From a virus (taxonomy: Duplodnaviria; Heunggongvirae; Uroviricota; Caudoviricetes), in IMG/VR virus record IMGVR_UViG_2563366990_000017, positions 1 through 40,314 of that record: a stretch of 40,314 nt of DNA. One strand, 5' to 3'. Shown here piece after piece: positions 30,351 to 38,625 of this stretch. The notes below the pieces were generated by a model. The model was not told where the DNA came from. It searched no databases and saw nothing but the letters and a program-made list of their open reading frames with translations. The position numbers and the translations under genes were made by a program. Positions within the stretch are counted from its first letter, which is position 1. Each line of letters starts with the position of its first letter.

Positions 30351-30566
30351 TTAAGCGGCTTTGTGTTCCGGCGGGAACACGTCATCAAGACTGACTTTTG
30401 CGCCTAACTTGTTTAGGCACTCAACAAGAGCACGGCATGTTTTAAGGTCTGGGAAGCGACGACCAGATTCCCAATGTCCGATAGCTCCCTGTGTGCATCC
30501 AACTGCCTTAGCAAGTGTTGTTTGAGAGATATTCAGTGACTCTCGATATTTTCGTAGGTTGCTCAT
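30351..30566 (-). CDS. cro: Cro-like repressor
   Basis: Start set to ATG at 30566 (MSNLRKYRESLNISQTTLAKAVGCTQGAIGHWESG...) with a GGAGGG RBS. HTH protein divergent from the CI-type repressor. Confidence 0.75.
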   Translation of the reverse strand: MSNLRKYRESLNISQTTLAKAVGCTQGAIGHWESGRRFPDLKTCRALVECLNKLGAKVSLDDVFPPEHKAA

Positions 30567-30683
30567 ATGCCCTCCATAGTAACCATGAAACAATAATACG
30601 ATATGTACTTTTAGAATGCAAACAAAAAATACATCTTGTGCATGGATGGTTTTAGTACAGAGCGTAATAATAAGGGTATGAAA

Positions 30684-31337
30684 ATGAAATGGTATGAACT
30701 GGCTAGATCCAGAATGAAAGAGCTAGGCATAACTCAAGAGAAGTTAGCTGAAGAGCTTGGTATGACGCAGGGTGGAATTGGTCACTGGTTGCGCGGATCT
30801 CGTCATCCATCTCTTGACGAGATTGGTGTGGTGTTTAAATACCTTGGTATTGATAACGTCTCATTCAACCACGACGGTACATTTTCACCTGTTGGCGAAT
30901 ACTCATCTGCCCCCGTTAAAAAACAATATGAGTACCCTGTTTTTTCTCATGTTCAGGCCGGGATGTTCTCGCCTGAGCTTAGAACCTTTACCAAAGGTGA
31001 TGCGGAGAGATGGGTCAGCACAACCAAAAAAGCCAGTGATTGTGCGTTCTGGCTTGAAGTTGAAGGTAATTCCATGACCGCGCCAACAGGATCCAAGCCA
31101 AGCTTTCCTGACGGGATGTTAATTCTCGTTGACCCTGAGCAGGCTGTTGAGCCAGGTGATTTCTGCATAGCCAGACTTGGTGGTGACGAGTTTACCTTCA
31201 AGAAACTGATCAGGGATAGCGGTCAGGTGTTCCTACAGCCACTAAACCCGCAATATCCAATGATTCCATGCAATGATAGCTGTTCCGTAGTAGGGAAAGT
31301 TATCGCCAGCCAGTGGCCTGAAGAGACATTTAGTTAA
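30684..31337 (+). CDS. CI/C2-type prophage repressor (HTH plus S24 LexA-like peptidase domain)
   Basis: N-terminal HTH ([23 protein letters not shown]) and C-terminal S24 motifs ([10 protein letters not shown]...FTFKKL). Start set to ATG at 30684, 7 nt after TAAGGG. Confidence 0.85.
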   Translation: MKWYELARSRMKELGITQEKLAEELGMTQGGIGHWLRGSRHPSLDEIGVVFKYLGIDNVSFNHDGTFSPVGEYSSAPVKKQYEYPVFSHVQAGMFSPELRTFTKGDAERWVSTTKKASDCAFWLEVEGNSMTAPTGSKPSFPDGMLILVDPEQAVEPGDFCIARLGGDEFTFKKLIRDSGQVFLQPLNPQYPMIPCNDSCSVVGKVIASQWPEETFS

Positions 31338-31367
31338 CAGCCTCACAACTCTAAAATACACAACAAT

Positions 31368-31397
31368 AACCCGACCTTAGCGTCGGGTTTTCTTTTT
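31368..31397 (+). terminator. Rho-independent terminator after the repressor gene
   Basis: aacccgac-cttagc-gtcgggtt hairpin followed by ttttctttttcc. Confidence 0.6.
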
Positions 31398-31462
31398 CCA
31401 AAATATAAACCCATTAAATACAAAGCGTTATAAAAAACTAATTATATTTAGAACATTTTGTA

Positions 31463-31491
31463 TTGACTCAATAAAGTACAAATCGTACTAT
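31463..31491 (+). promoter_or_regulatory. Candidate PL promoter with overlapping operator palindrome
   Basis: TTGACT (31463-31468), 17-bp spacer, TACTAT (31486-31491). The spacer contains the palindrome agtacaaatcgtact (31475-31489); similar GTAC half-sites recur in the cro-repressor intergenic region. Confidence 0.45.
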
Positions 31492-31531
31492 TTAGCCATC
31501 AGCAGGACGCACTAACCACCATTGAAGGTGA

Positions 31532-31562
31532 GGCTCTTAAAAATTTAGCCCTGAAGAAGGGC
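31532..31562 (+). promoter_or_regulatory. nutL (boxA and boxB)
   Basis: ggctcttaaaaa (boxA-like) followed by gccctgaagaagggc, matching the recalled lambda nutL boxB hairpin. Confidence 0.7.
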
Positions 31563-31734
31563 AGCATTCAAAGCAGAAAGCTTTGGGGTGTGGTGAAGGG
31601 TTCATGGATGGGAATATGTCGCACGTAAAGCGGCGAGGCCTGCGGAACTATTGCCGAATTGAAGTCGGCCGAAGCAGGTCGAAATGGGTCTCCCACCTAC
31701 CACACCACCAAAGCTAACTGACAGGAGAATCCAG

Positions 31735-32067
31735 ATGGATGCACAAGCACGCCGCCGCGAACGTCGCGCAGAGAAACAGGCTCAATGGAAAGCAGCAAAT
31801 CCCCTGTTGGTTGGGGTAAGTGCAAAACCAGTTAACCGCCCAATTCTCTCGCTGAATCGCAAACCGAAATCACGAGTAGAAAGCGCACTGAATCCGATAG
31901 ACCTTACAGTGCTGGCTGAATACCACGAACAGATTGAAAGCAACCTGCAACGTATTGAACGCAAGAATCAGCGCACATGGTACAGCAAGCCACGCAGTGA
32001 AATGGGTGTGACCTGTTCAGGCCGCCAGAAGCAACGCGGAAAATCAATTCCAGCTTATTACGATTGA
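31735..32067 (+). CDS. N: Antiterminator N
   Basis: Start set to ATG at 31735 with an AGGAGA RBS. MDAQARRRERRAEKQAQWKAANPLLVGVSAKPVNRPILSLNRKPKSRVESALNPIDLTVLAEY... is near-identical to lambda N, including the arginine-rich motif. Confidence 0.9.
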   Translation: MDAQARRRERRAEKQAQWKAANPLLVGVSAKPVNRPILSLNRKPKSRVESALNPIDLTVLAEYHEQIESNLQRIERKNQRTWYSKPRSEMGVTCSGRQKQRGKSIPAYYD

Positions 32068-32075
32068 GGTGAGAT

Positions 32076-32525
32076 ATGGAAGAACAAGCAAACAAGATTC
32101 TCGTAGAACTACTGCAAAAAGCCAGCAATGGAATAGACGCGGCTGTTTCATTCAGCCAAGCGCAGATTCCTGATGTTGTTCATCAGTTGCTGCTATGGAA
32201 TATGGTTGACAGTCTGATTAAAACATTAATAGCCATTCTAACAATCCCACTGGTTTTCTGGTTTATGAAGAAGCAGTGCCAAAGAGTTGAGACAGGTAAA
32301 ATCGGTGATGAAGGATACTCATGGGAGAGGGGAAATCCCAAATACAGGCCGACAATGGTTTGGGATAGCAAAGGAGATATTAACCTTCTTATCATGCCAT
32401 TGGTTGGAGTTTTGACTCTGTGGGGGATTTTTATTATTGGTGTAGTAACCAATATGACTTGGTTAAAAATTTGGCTGGCCCCAAAGCTTTACCTTATCGA
32501 ATATGCAGCATCATTGGTTAAGTAA
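32076..32525 (+). CDS. Membrane protein, SieB-like superinfection exclusion candidate
   Basis: 149 aa with hydrophobic helices (LIKTLIAILTIPLVFWFM; LLIMPLVGVLTLWGIFIIGVV). Directly downstream of N, where sieB lies in lambda and P22. AT-rich. Confidence 0.5.
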   Translation: MEEQANKILVELLQKASNGIDAAVSFSQAQIPDVVHQLLLWNMVDSLIKTLIAILTIPLVFWFMKKQCQRVETGKIGDEGYSWERGNPKYRPTMVWDSKGDINLLIMPLVGVLTLWGIFIIGVVTNMTWLKIWLAPKLYLIEYAASLVK

Positions 32526-32529
32526 TTTC

Positions 32530-32556
32530 AGGCCGCATAGTCGGCCTTTATTTTTG
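32530..32556 (+). terminator. Rho-independent terminator
   Basis: aggccg-catagt-cggcct hairpin followed by ttatttttgg, directly after the SieB-like stop. Confidence 0.6.
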
Positions 32557-32578
32557 GCATAAACAATATGGGGTAAAA

Positions 32579-32905
32579 ATGAAAGTTTTAATGGTTTATG
32601 AAAATGTTCCAGAGTCGACTGAAATCTATATTTTTGATGCCAATGAAGATGAAGTTAACGATTTGAAATTGTCTCACGGCAATTACACAAATGCTAATTG
32701 TGATGAAAGTATCGAAAAAGCACTATCGCGTGTTCTTGTCAGAATTAGTGATCCAGAACATTGTGATGATGATTGGCTTTCTTATTGTGGAGCGGTAAAA
32801 ACTGATGCAGGAAAATGGAGTAAAAGTAAAGTTGATAACTCAACTCCAATCATTATGAAAGATAGTGATATTGAAATGGTAATAATAACCGGAATGATTA
32901 TGTAG
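32579..32905 (+). CDS. Hypothetical acidic protein (108 aa), AT-rich moron
   Basis: ATG at 32579. Very AT-rich, D/E-rich product (DANEDEVNDL, DPEHCDDDW, KDSDIEM). Bracketed by terminators at 32530-32556 and 33012-33037. Confidence 0.6.
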   Translation: MKVLMVYENVPESTEIYIFDANEDEVNDLKLSHGNYTNANCDESIEKALSRVLVRISDPEHCDDDWLSYCGAVKTDAGKWSKSKVDNSTPIIMKDSDIEMVIITGMIM

Positions 32906-33011
32906 GCTGAGAATAAGCACTGTGTATTCATTCCAACGAGTGAATACACGGAGCAATGTCGCTCGTAACCAAACAGGAGCCGACTTGTTCTGATTATTGG
33001 AAATCTTCTTT

Positions 33012-33037
33012 GCCCTCCAGTGTGAGGGCCTTTTTAT
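33012..33037 (+). terminator. Rho-independent terminator
   Basis: gccctc-cagtgt-gagggc hairpin followed by cttttta. Lies inside the ORF-track N-terminal extension of ORF 32997-33272. Confidence 0.6.
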
Positions 33038-33101
33038 ATGCATACCAATAACGCTTCACTTGAGGCGTTTTCGTTATGCAATCAAACAGAAGGAGCATCC
33101 T

Positions 33102-33272
33102 ATGCAACAGTTCGCTATTGCAGGGGCGGCATCGGTTCGCCCTTTCAACCCGATTTTATCGGTACAGCATTCACGAAAAAACATTTTAACCGGAGCAGAC
33201 TTTAAACAACCTCGCGTTAAGAGCTTGCTGGATCGTCTTGTTGAGTTTCTGAATCAAAAGGTACAGCCATGA
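33102..33272 (+). CDS. cIII: CIII-like protein (FtsH inhibitor candidate)
   Basis: Start set to ATG at 33102 with an AAGGAG RBS 6 nt upstream. 56-aa product MQQFAIAGAASVRP...LLDRLVEFLNQ resembles lambda CIII (MQYAIAG...LIDILNQ). Confidence 0.55.
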   Translation: MQQFAIAGAASVRPFNPILSVQHSRKNILTGADFKQPRVKSLLDRLVEFLNQKVQP

Positions 33273-33433
33273 AAAAACCAACTTACGAAGAACTGGAAGA
33301 AGCCCTGAAAGAACTTAGAAGAATGGCTTTCGCCCGACGCACTAACTCTCACAACTGCGGCCCATTTCAGTACTCTGATTTATGCGAGGACATCATTGAG
33401 GTAACTCAACTGATTAAGGTCGTTAAGCAATGA
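33269..33433 (+). CDS. Small hypothetical protein (54 aa)
   Basis: Not in the ORF track. ATG overlaps the cIII stop (ATGA). Followed by another overlapping small ORF (33430-33537, 35 aa). Confidence 0.35.
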   Translation: MKKPTYEELEEALKELRRMAFARRTNSHNCGPFQYSDLCEDIIEVTQLIKVVKQ

Positions 33434-33514
33434 GCATTGCGGATACATGGTCAGACGAAGAATTCATTCGTCAGATGAACAAAATGCTCAATCAGCACAA
33501 AGAACAGGAGAAAG

Positions 33515-33826
33515 ATGATGATTCTGACTCTGAATGATAAGCGTGAAATATCGCAAATAATCGCAAGTTTTACTGATGAAGATTACGAGCGAATCAACAG
33601 TGAAGTTGATCGCCTCTGCAAACGTTGCGACCCAATAAGCGAAATGCTTCGCTTATATAAACCAGATGAACACACTAAGGACGCTATCGACTGGCTGGAA
33701 GATGATGACTGTAACTATCAGGAAAAAGCCGCTGAATGGTTCTGGGATGCAATAACCGAAAGAGTTAAGGCTGAATATGCCTTCGCAATATTCAAACGCA
33801 GACATATTTATGGAGAAGCTGCATGA
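33515..33826 (+). CDS. Hypothetical early protein (103 aa)
   Basis: Acidic protein (DEDYERINSEVDRL, DWLEDDDCNYQE). Stop overlaps the RecT start (ATGA). Confidence 0.5.
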   Translation: MMILTLNDKREISQIIASFTDEDYERINSEVDRLCKRCDPISEMLRLYKPDEHTKDAIDWLEDDDCNYQEKAAEWFWDAITERVKAEYAFAIFKRRHIYGEAA

Positions 33827-34725
33827 GCAATATCGTTGAATTCGTTAAACAGCAGGAGCAGTTATTCTGCGGAGCATTGACTGAACAGACGGTGACATGG
33901 GCTAAGGAAAGCCAGTTTGCAATTCAGTATTTCCAGAAAAACGATTACCTGGCTAAAACAGCACTGGCAAATCCAACCAGCGCACAGAACGCCATCATCA
34001 ATGTTGCGGCGATCGGCATCACCTTAAACCCGGCCAGCAAACTGGCTTATCTGGTTCCTCGCGACGGCATGGTGTGCCTTGATATCAGTTACATGGGATT
34101 ACTTCATCTTGCGCAATCGACAGGATCAATTAAGTGGGGGCAATGCAAACTGGTGTACTCAAACGACACCTATGAATCAAATGGCCTTGATTCAGCACCA
34201 ACCCACAAATACAACGCATTTGGTGAGCGAGGCTCTATTGTTGGAGGTTATTGCACGGTTAAAACAGCAGATGGTGACTACCTGACTGAAGAAATGAGTC
34301 TGGCAGAAATTAAAGCTGTGGAAGCAACGAGCAAGGCTAAGAATGGACCGTGGAAGACATTCTGGGAAGAGATGGCGCGTAAAACCATAGTTAAACGCGC
34401 CAGCAAATACTGGCCTAAAGCCCAGCGACTGGATAATGCCATTCACCTGCTTAACGAAGATGAAGGTATGCATCAGGAACCAGTTATGCCGCACAAATCA
34501 GAGGAAGATATCCGCGAAGATGAACGGAAACGCCAGCAGGAAATAACTGATAAAGCACAACTTCTTTGTGATGAAATGGCTCAGGCTGAAAACATGGATG
34601 ATTTGAAGAGATATTTTGCAGAAGCATATCGCCTGACATCTGGAATGAAATTGCAGCAGAACATACAAGCCATTTACATAGAATGCAAAGCGAAACTGGA
34701 GGTTGCCAGTGAGCAAACTATATGA
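33823..34725 (+). CDS. recT: RecT-family single-strand annealing recombinase
   Basis: 300 aa. ...KNGPWKTFWEEMARKTIVKRASKYWP... matches the RecT signature (Rac RecT has NGPWVTHWEEMAKKTAIRRLFKYLP). Confidence 0.85.
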   Translation: MSNIVEFVKQQEQLFCGALTEQTVTWAKESQFAIQYFQKNDYLAKTALANPTSAQNAIINVAAIGITLNPASKLAYLVPRDGMVCLDISYMGLLHLAQSTGSIKWGQCKLVYSNDTYESNGLDSAPTHKYNAFGERGSIVGGYCTVKTADGDYLTEEMSLAEIKAVEATSKAKNGPWKTFWEEMARKTIVKRASKYWPKAQRLDNAIHLLNEDEGMHQEPVMPHKSEEDIREDERKRQQEITDKAQLLCDEMAQAENMDDLKRYFAEAYRLTSGMKLQQNIQAIYIECKAKLEVASEQTI

Positions 34726-35191
34726 AATAGCCAATGAATACGCAAAATTGATGGATTCAGATTTAGAGCCAGAGATGATTGCTGACACAATAGAAGGCAT
34801 GGAAGGAGAATTTACCGATAAAATAGAGCAACTTCTCGCCATTATTAAAAATGAATCTGGTTATGCTGAACGCCTCAAGGAAGAGGCAAAGTCACTAAAT
34901 GAACGAGCAGCAGTAATTCAAAATAAGATTGATAGCATTATGGCGTATATAGCGTCATCGCTTGAAATGGTTGGCAAGAAAAAGATTAGAGCAGGTATTC
35001 ACCAGGTAACAATCCGCAAACCGTCAGAAACTGTAGAAATCATCGACTCAAGCGCCATTCCTCCTGAATACGTTGAGTTCGAAACGACAATTAAAGCCGA
35101 CAAACTGGCAATCAAACACCAACTAAAAGCAGGAATAAATATCCCAGGTGCTCAACTCAAAGTTGGGAAACCTTCACTTCTTATCAAATAA
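34709..35191 (+). CDS. Hypothetical protein, possibly siphovirus Gp157-like, RecT-associated
   Basis: No in-frame ATG near the 5' end. Start taken as GTG at 34709, 7 nt after GGAGG (track uses TTG at 34703). Overlaps the RecT stop. Confidence 0.45.
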   Translation: MSKLYEIANEYAKLMDSDLEPEMIADTIEGMEGEFTDKIEQLLAIIKNESGYAERLKEEAKSLNERAAVIQNKIDSIMAYIASSLEMVGKKKIRAGIHQVTIRKPSETVEIIDSSAIPPEYVEFETTIKADKLAIKHQLKAGINIPGAQLKVGKPSLLIK

Positions 35192-35202
35192 CGGTATCGC
35201 CT

Positions 35203-35517
35203 ATGAAAAAGACTCCATGGGAGAAATGGGAAGTCGATTTCTTGCGCGAGGTAGCGGCGACAATGCCAGTTGAAGTTATCGCAGAAAAACTGGAAAGGAC
35301 TGAAAAAGCAGTAATGGCGAAAGCAACAAGGATTGGCGCTGACATTGTTAGCCGACTTCGTGGAAGACGCTGGACAAGAGCCGAAGTATCACTTTTCGGT
35401 AAGTTCTCCGCAGAAGAAATAGCAATTGCAACCTGCCGCTCAATTTATTCAGTAAGAGCTATGCGATACAAGCTAAAAAAACTCGATGAAGAAAGAGCAG
35501 GCATACGAATAAATTAA
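35203..35517 (+). CDS. Hypothetical protein (104 aa)
   Basis: ATG at 35203. Basic protein, no recognised domain. Confidence 0.5.
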   Translation: MKKTPWEKWEVDFLREVAATMPVEVIAEKLERTEKAVMAKATRIGADIVSRLRGRRWTRAEVSLFGKFSAEEIAIATCRSIYSVRAMRYKLKKLDEERAGIRIN

Positions 35518-35533
35518 CAAAGAGGAATTTACC

Positions 35534-35698
35534 ATGAGAGGACTTGCATACAATCCCGGCATTCTTCCGGCAGAAATGATTATTCGCCAACGCGTAAAGC
35601 CAATGCCATCGAGAGAGGAATTGCTTAAGAGAAATTCTTTTCCATCAGTGAATCAAAACAAATATCTGAATGCGATGTGGCGGAGTGGGAAGAAATGA
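35534..35698 (+). CDS. Small hypothetical protein (54 aa)
   Basis: Not in the ORF track. AGAGGA RBS 7 nt upstream; stop overlaps the next gene start (AAATGA). Confidence 0.3.
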   Translation: MRGLAYNPGILPAEMIIRQRVKPMPSREELLKRNSFPSVNQNKYLNAMWRSGKK

Positions 35699-36264
35699 AA
35701 CAAATGTCACTAATTGAGATGGATGGATTTCTGAAAGGTAAATGCATCCCACGAGATTTAAAGGTTAACGAAACAAACGCTGAATATCTTGTCCGTAAGT
35801 TCGGTGAACTTGAATCAAAACTGGAAACGGCGTTGCGGGAGTGTCGTTCTGCTGGAATCACGATTGATAACCTTGAGGCCAAGTGCGCGGCGCTGGCGGC
35901 GGAGAATGCGGGAATAAAGTCTGCAATTCCAGAATCACGGGATATTGAGGATGACAATGACAATATGGATGACGTATCTCTCGCGGAAGACTTCGGGTTC
36001 AATCATGCAATAGAACGGATGAGGAGACAGATACCTGAAACGCCAACCACTGATGCTTTCCTGGCTGAAGTCCGGGCGCAGGGGGTGGATGCTGCTATAG
36101 AAGCTGCAAAAAATCTGGTGGCCCAAGAATATGAGTATAAGGATTTCAAAGCGGCGCAGAGTGATTGCTGTATGCACCCTGGTTCAGACCTGGTAGGGAA
36201 GGTTGAAATGACTGAGTGGTTAGTTGACTTTGCTGCCCAGCTTCGCAAAGGAGGCAGCCAGTGA
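35695..36264 (+). CDS. Hypothetical early protein with coiled-coil region
   Basis: Start set to ATG at 35695 ([12 protein letters not shown]...); track start 35677 is GTG. Stop overlaps the next gene start. Confidence 0.5.
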   Translation: MKQMSLIEMDGFLKGKCIPRDLKVNETNAEYLVRKFGELESKLETALRECRSAGITIDNLEAKCAALAAENAGIKSAIPESRDIEDDNDNMDDVSLAEDFGFNHAIERMRRQIPETPTTDAFLAEVRAQGVDAAIEAAKNLVAQEYEYKDFKAAQSDCCMHPGSDLVGKVEMTEWLVDFAAQLRKGGSQ

Positions 36265-37325
36265 GCAAGATTGATTATCAGGCACTGCGTGAGTTAGCAA
36301 AACAGGCAACACAAGGAGAATGGGTTGCATTTATTTCGACGGGTACTGGTACGTATGCGGTGCATACGCCCGGTGATAAACGATGTGAAGACGTTATCAA
36401 ATGGACCGGCTTTGATGGACAGAAAAACGCAGAGAACAACGCTCGTTATATCGCAGCTTTCAACCCTGAAGTAGTACAGGCACTGCTGGATGAGAACGAA
36501 AGCATGTGCCGCGACCTCATTGCTCGCAATGGTGAGATTGAAGGGCTTCGAAAACTGGTTGCTGAGCTTGAAGAGACAAAATCAAAACTCAACGAGCAGC
36601 GTGAATATTATGAAGGTGTTATCTCGGATGGGAGTAAGCGTATTGCTGAACTGGAGAAAAGCGAAGAGCAGCTCATTAACGAGCGTGACCATGCTGAGTC
36701 TGCTTTAGCTGATATGTATTTTGCAGCAACCGGGGATAGGCCGGAGTGGAGTAACTGTTTCAGTTTTTCAGATGCCGTCGATGCCGTGGTTGACAGAATT
36801 GCTGATTTAGAAGCTAAACAGCCATCGCCAGTAGTGCCGGATAATACATCAGAGTCTCTTGCTTATGCTTACAAAGAGCTTACGCCTGAGATTATGCGCG
36901 GTCATATCGCTGTATTCGAGCGATATGGAATAGCCCCAAACGATAGCTCCACCACAATTCAGGCACTGCGAATCGCGCTGGATGGCATAGAGCGGAGCGA
37001 CGCCATGCTTCATGGTGCCGAACCTGTAAGCCAAACTTACAAGTTGAACCAGCTATCGGGCAACTCTCCGGTAACTCCGGATGGTTGGATAAGCTGTAGT
37101 GAGCGAATGCCAGAAATGGGAGAGCGACAATGCTATGTGTTAGCGGCTGACTTTAAAAACAACTACCCACCAAACATCCCCAACACTCAGGTCGGCGTAT
37201 ATGGCGACTGGTTTAATGATGGCAATCCCACTTGGGATGACGGTGATGGCGAAGACCTGTATCTCAAAGAGGTAACCCACTGGATGCCGCTACCAGAACC
37301 GCCGCAGGAGGTTAACCGTGGCTAA
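36261..37325 (+). CDS. Ead/Ea22-like protein with DUF551-like C-terminus
   Basis: GTG start at 36261 with an AAGGAGG RBS. N-terminus [21 protein letters not shown] is Ea22-like, central coiled coil, C-terminal GWIS...VTHWMPLPEPP motif typical of DUF551. Confidence 0.55.
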   Translation: MSKIDYQALRELAKQATQGEWVAFISTGTGTYAVHTPGDKRCEDVIKWTGFDGQKNAENNARYIAAFNPEVVQALLDENESMCRDLIARNGEIEGLRKLVAELEETKSKLNEQREYYEGVISDGSKRIAELEKSEEQLINERDHAESALADMYFAATGDRPEWSNCFSFSDAVDAVVDRIADLEAKQPSPVVPDNTSESLAYAYKELTPEIMRGHIAVFERYGIAPNDSSTTIQALRIALDGIERSDAMLHGAEPVSQTYKLNQLSGNSPVTPDGWISCSERMPEMGERQCYVLAADFKNNYPPNIPNTQVGVYGDWFNDGNPTWDDGDGEDLYLKEVTHWMPLPEPPQEVNRG

Positions 37326-37602
37326 CCTGCAACTGGCAGTTAACGGTGAATATTTCGACCAGATGAAGTCAGGCGAGAAAACGGAAGAGTATCGCCTGTG
37401 TAATGACTACTGGAATAAGCGCCTCGTTAACCGTAAGTATGACCGCCTGATTATCACAAAGGGATATCCGAAGCGCGACGATTCCAGCCGCAGAATTGAC
37501 GTCCCGTATGACGGATATGAAATCAAGACAATCACACATCCGCACTTCGGCGATAAACCGGTAAAGGTGTTCGCGATAAAGGTGAATATCGGCAATGAAT
37601 AA
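37318..37602 (+). CDS. Hypothetical protein (94 aa)
   Basis: GTG start at 37318, 8 nt after AGGAGG. Overlaps the upstream stop. Confidence 0.5.
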   Translation: MANLQLAVNGEYFDQMKSGEKTEEYRLCNDYWNKRLVNRKYDRLIITKGYPKRDDSSRRIDVPYDGYEIKTITHPHFGDKPVKVFAIKVNIGNE

Positions 37603-37674
37603 CAATCCTCGCATTCGCGGGGATTTCTTTTATCTGAACTCGCTACGGCGAGTTTTGTTTTATGGAGATGATAA

Positions 37675-37842
37675 ATGCACTTCCGAGTCACAGGAGAATG
37701 GAATGGAGAGCCATTCAACAGAGTTATCGAAGCAGAGAACATCAACGACTGCTATGACCACTGGATGCTATGGGCACAGATAGCACATGCAGACGTAACC
37801 AATATTCGAATTGAAGAACTGAAAGAACACCAAGCCGCCTGA
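37675..37842 (+). CDS. Small hypothetical protein (55 aa)
   Basis: Not in the ORF track. ATG at 37675 with a GGAG RBS 6 nt upstream; stop lies inside the following terminator. Preferred over the overlapping track ORF 37595-37783. Confidence 0.35.
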   Translation: MHFRVTGEWNGEPFNRVIEAENINDCYDHWMLWAQIAHADVTNIRIEELKEHQAA

Positions 37843-37856
37843 TGGCGGTTTTTTAT
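37834..37856 (+). terminator. Rho-independent terminator
   Basis: gccgcc-tgat-ggcgg hairpin followed by ttttttatt. Confidence 0.55.
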
Positions 37857-37868
37857 TGGAGACAAGAA

Positions 37869-38213
37869 ATGTCAGATTTGGCTATGAAGGTTTTGAAATG
37901 GCAATCGACTGGCGATGTCGGCATCAGTAGCGCAACTCTTGCCTCAATCGCATGTGGACTGAAAAAGAATATCTATGGTCATAGCTTCGGTGCTCCACAT
38001 GACGCAGCCGATTTCAGACGATGCGTTGCACTTGTTGAGCAGATTCCAGAAATCAGAGATTCATTCGACAAGGTTGCAAAGCGCGTTCCGGCATTCAAAG
38101 GAATCCTCAACGAATGGGATTCACTCGTTGCTCTGTTGAAGTCTGAAATGAAGACGTACGGGAACAAAGCACCAGAGACTTACAGAAGAATCAGCGAGCT
38201 ACGCAAGGACTAA
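37869..38213 (+). CDS. Hypothetical protein (114 aa)
   Basis: Start set to ATG at 37869 (MSDLAMKVLKW...) with a GGAG RBS. Followed by a weak hairpin terminator at about 38217-38243. Confidence 0.5.
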   Translation: MSDLAMKVLKWQSTGDVGISSATLASIACGLKKNIYGHSFGAPHDAADFRRCVALVEQIPEIRDSFDKVAKRVPAFKGILNEWDSLVALLKSEMKTYGNKAPETYRRISELRKD

Positions 38214-38301
38214 CCCGCCTCACACTCGATGAGGCATTTTCATTTATCAAGATATCCAGACCTACCATCGCCGCATCAATACGGTTTTTTTATTACCTGA
38301 T

Positions 38302-38317
38302 TTGCAGGTTCGATTCC
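38302..38317 (+). other. tRNA T-arm-like fragment just upstream of the excisionase gene
   Basis: ttgcaggttcgattcc reads as a T-stem/T-loop (GCAGG-TTCGATT-CC) with no upstream D or anticodon arm. Joined to 38611-38625 it would form a continuous tRNA 3' half. Confidence 0.45.
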
Positions 38318-38336
38318 ATATTCGGAGATAGCACTC

Positions 38337-38537
38337 ATGCAACACGAACTACAACCTGATTCACTGGTTGATTTGAAATTCATCATGGCTGATACTGGCT
38401 TTGGTAAAACCTTCATCTATGACCGGATTAAGTCCGGCGACCTGCCAAAAGCCAAAGTTATCCACGGGCGAGCAAGATGGTTATATCGTGACCATTGTGA
38501 ATTCAAAAATAAGCTCTTAAGCCGCGCCAATGGGTAA
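38337..38537 (+). CDS. xis: AlpA-family excisionase / DNA-binding protein
   Basis: 66 aa, LVDLKFIMADTGFGKTFIYDRIKSGDLPKAKVIHGRARWLYRDHCEF fits the AlpA/Xis winged-helix pattern. Last gene of the plus-strand early operon at the prophage end. Confidence 0.7.
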   Translation: MQHELQPDSLVDLKFIMADTGFGKTFIYDRIKSGDLPKAKVIHGRARWLYRDHCEFKNKLLSRANG

Positions 38538-38610
38538 AATAGCGGGTAAAATATTTCTCACATCTAAAAAACACCATTCCAATCAATCCCCTGTCGCTTC
38601 AAGTAGATGT

Positions 38611-38625
38611 CTGCAGGGGACACCA
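38611..38625 (+). other. Putative attR core: tRNA 3' end (acceptor stem plus CCA)
   Basis: ctgcaggggacacca reads as T-stem 3' strand, acceptor strand AGGGGAC, discriminator A and CCA. From memory this matches the 3' end of E. coli tRNA-Arg argW, the usual target of IntS-type integrases. Confidence 0.5.

Noticed and set aside
32997-33101. N-terminal extension of the cIII-like ORF as given in the ORF track (start 32997)
   Set aside because: The extension contains a strong terminator hairpin (33012-33037) and has no RBS, whereas the internal ATG at 33102 has an AAGGAG RBS and gives a CIII-sized product.
37595-37783. 62-aa ORF from the track overlapping the 55-aa ORF at 37675-37842
   Set aside because: The alternative frame has a GGAG RBS and ends at the terminator, whereas this frame has a low-complexity product and no RBS.
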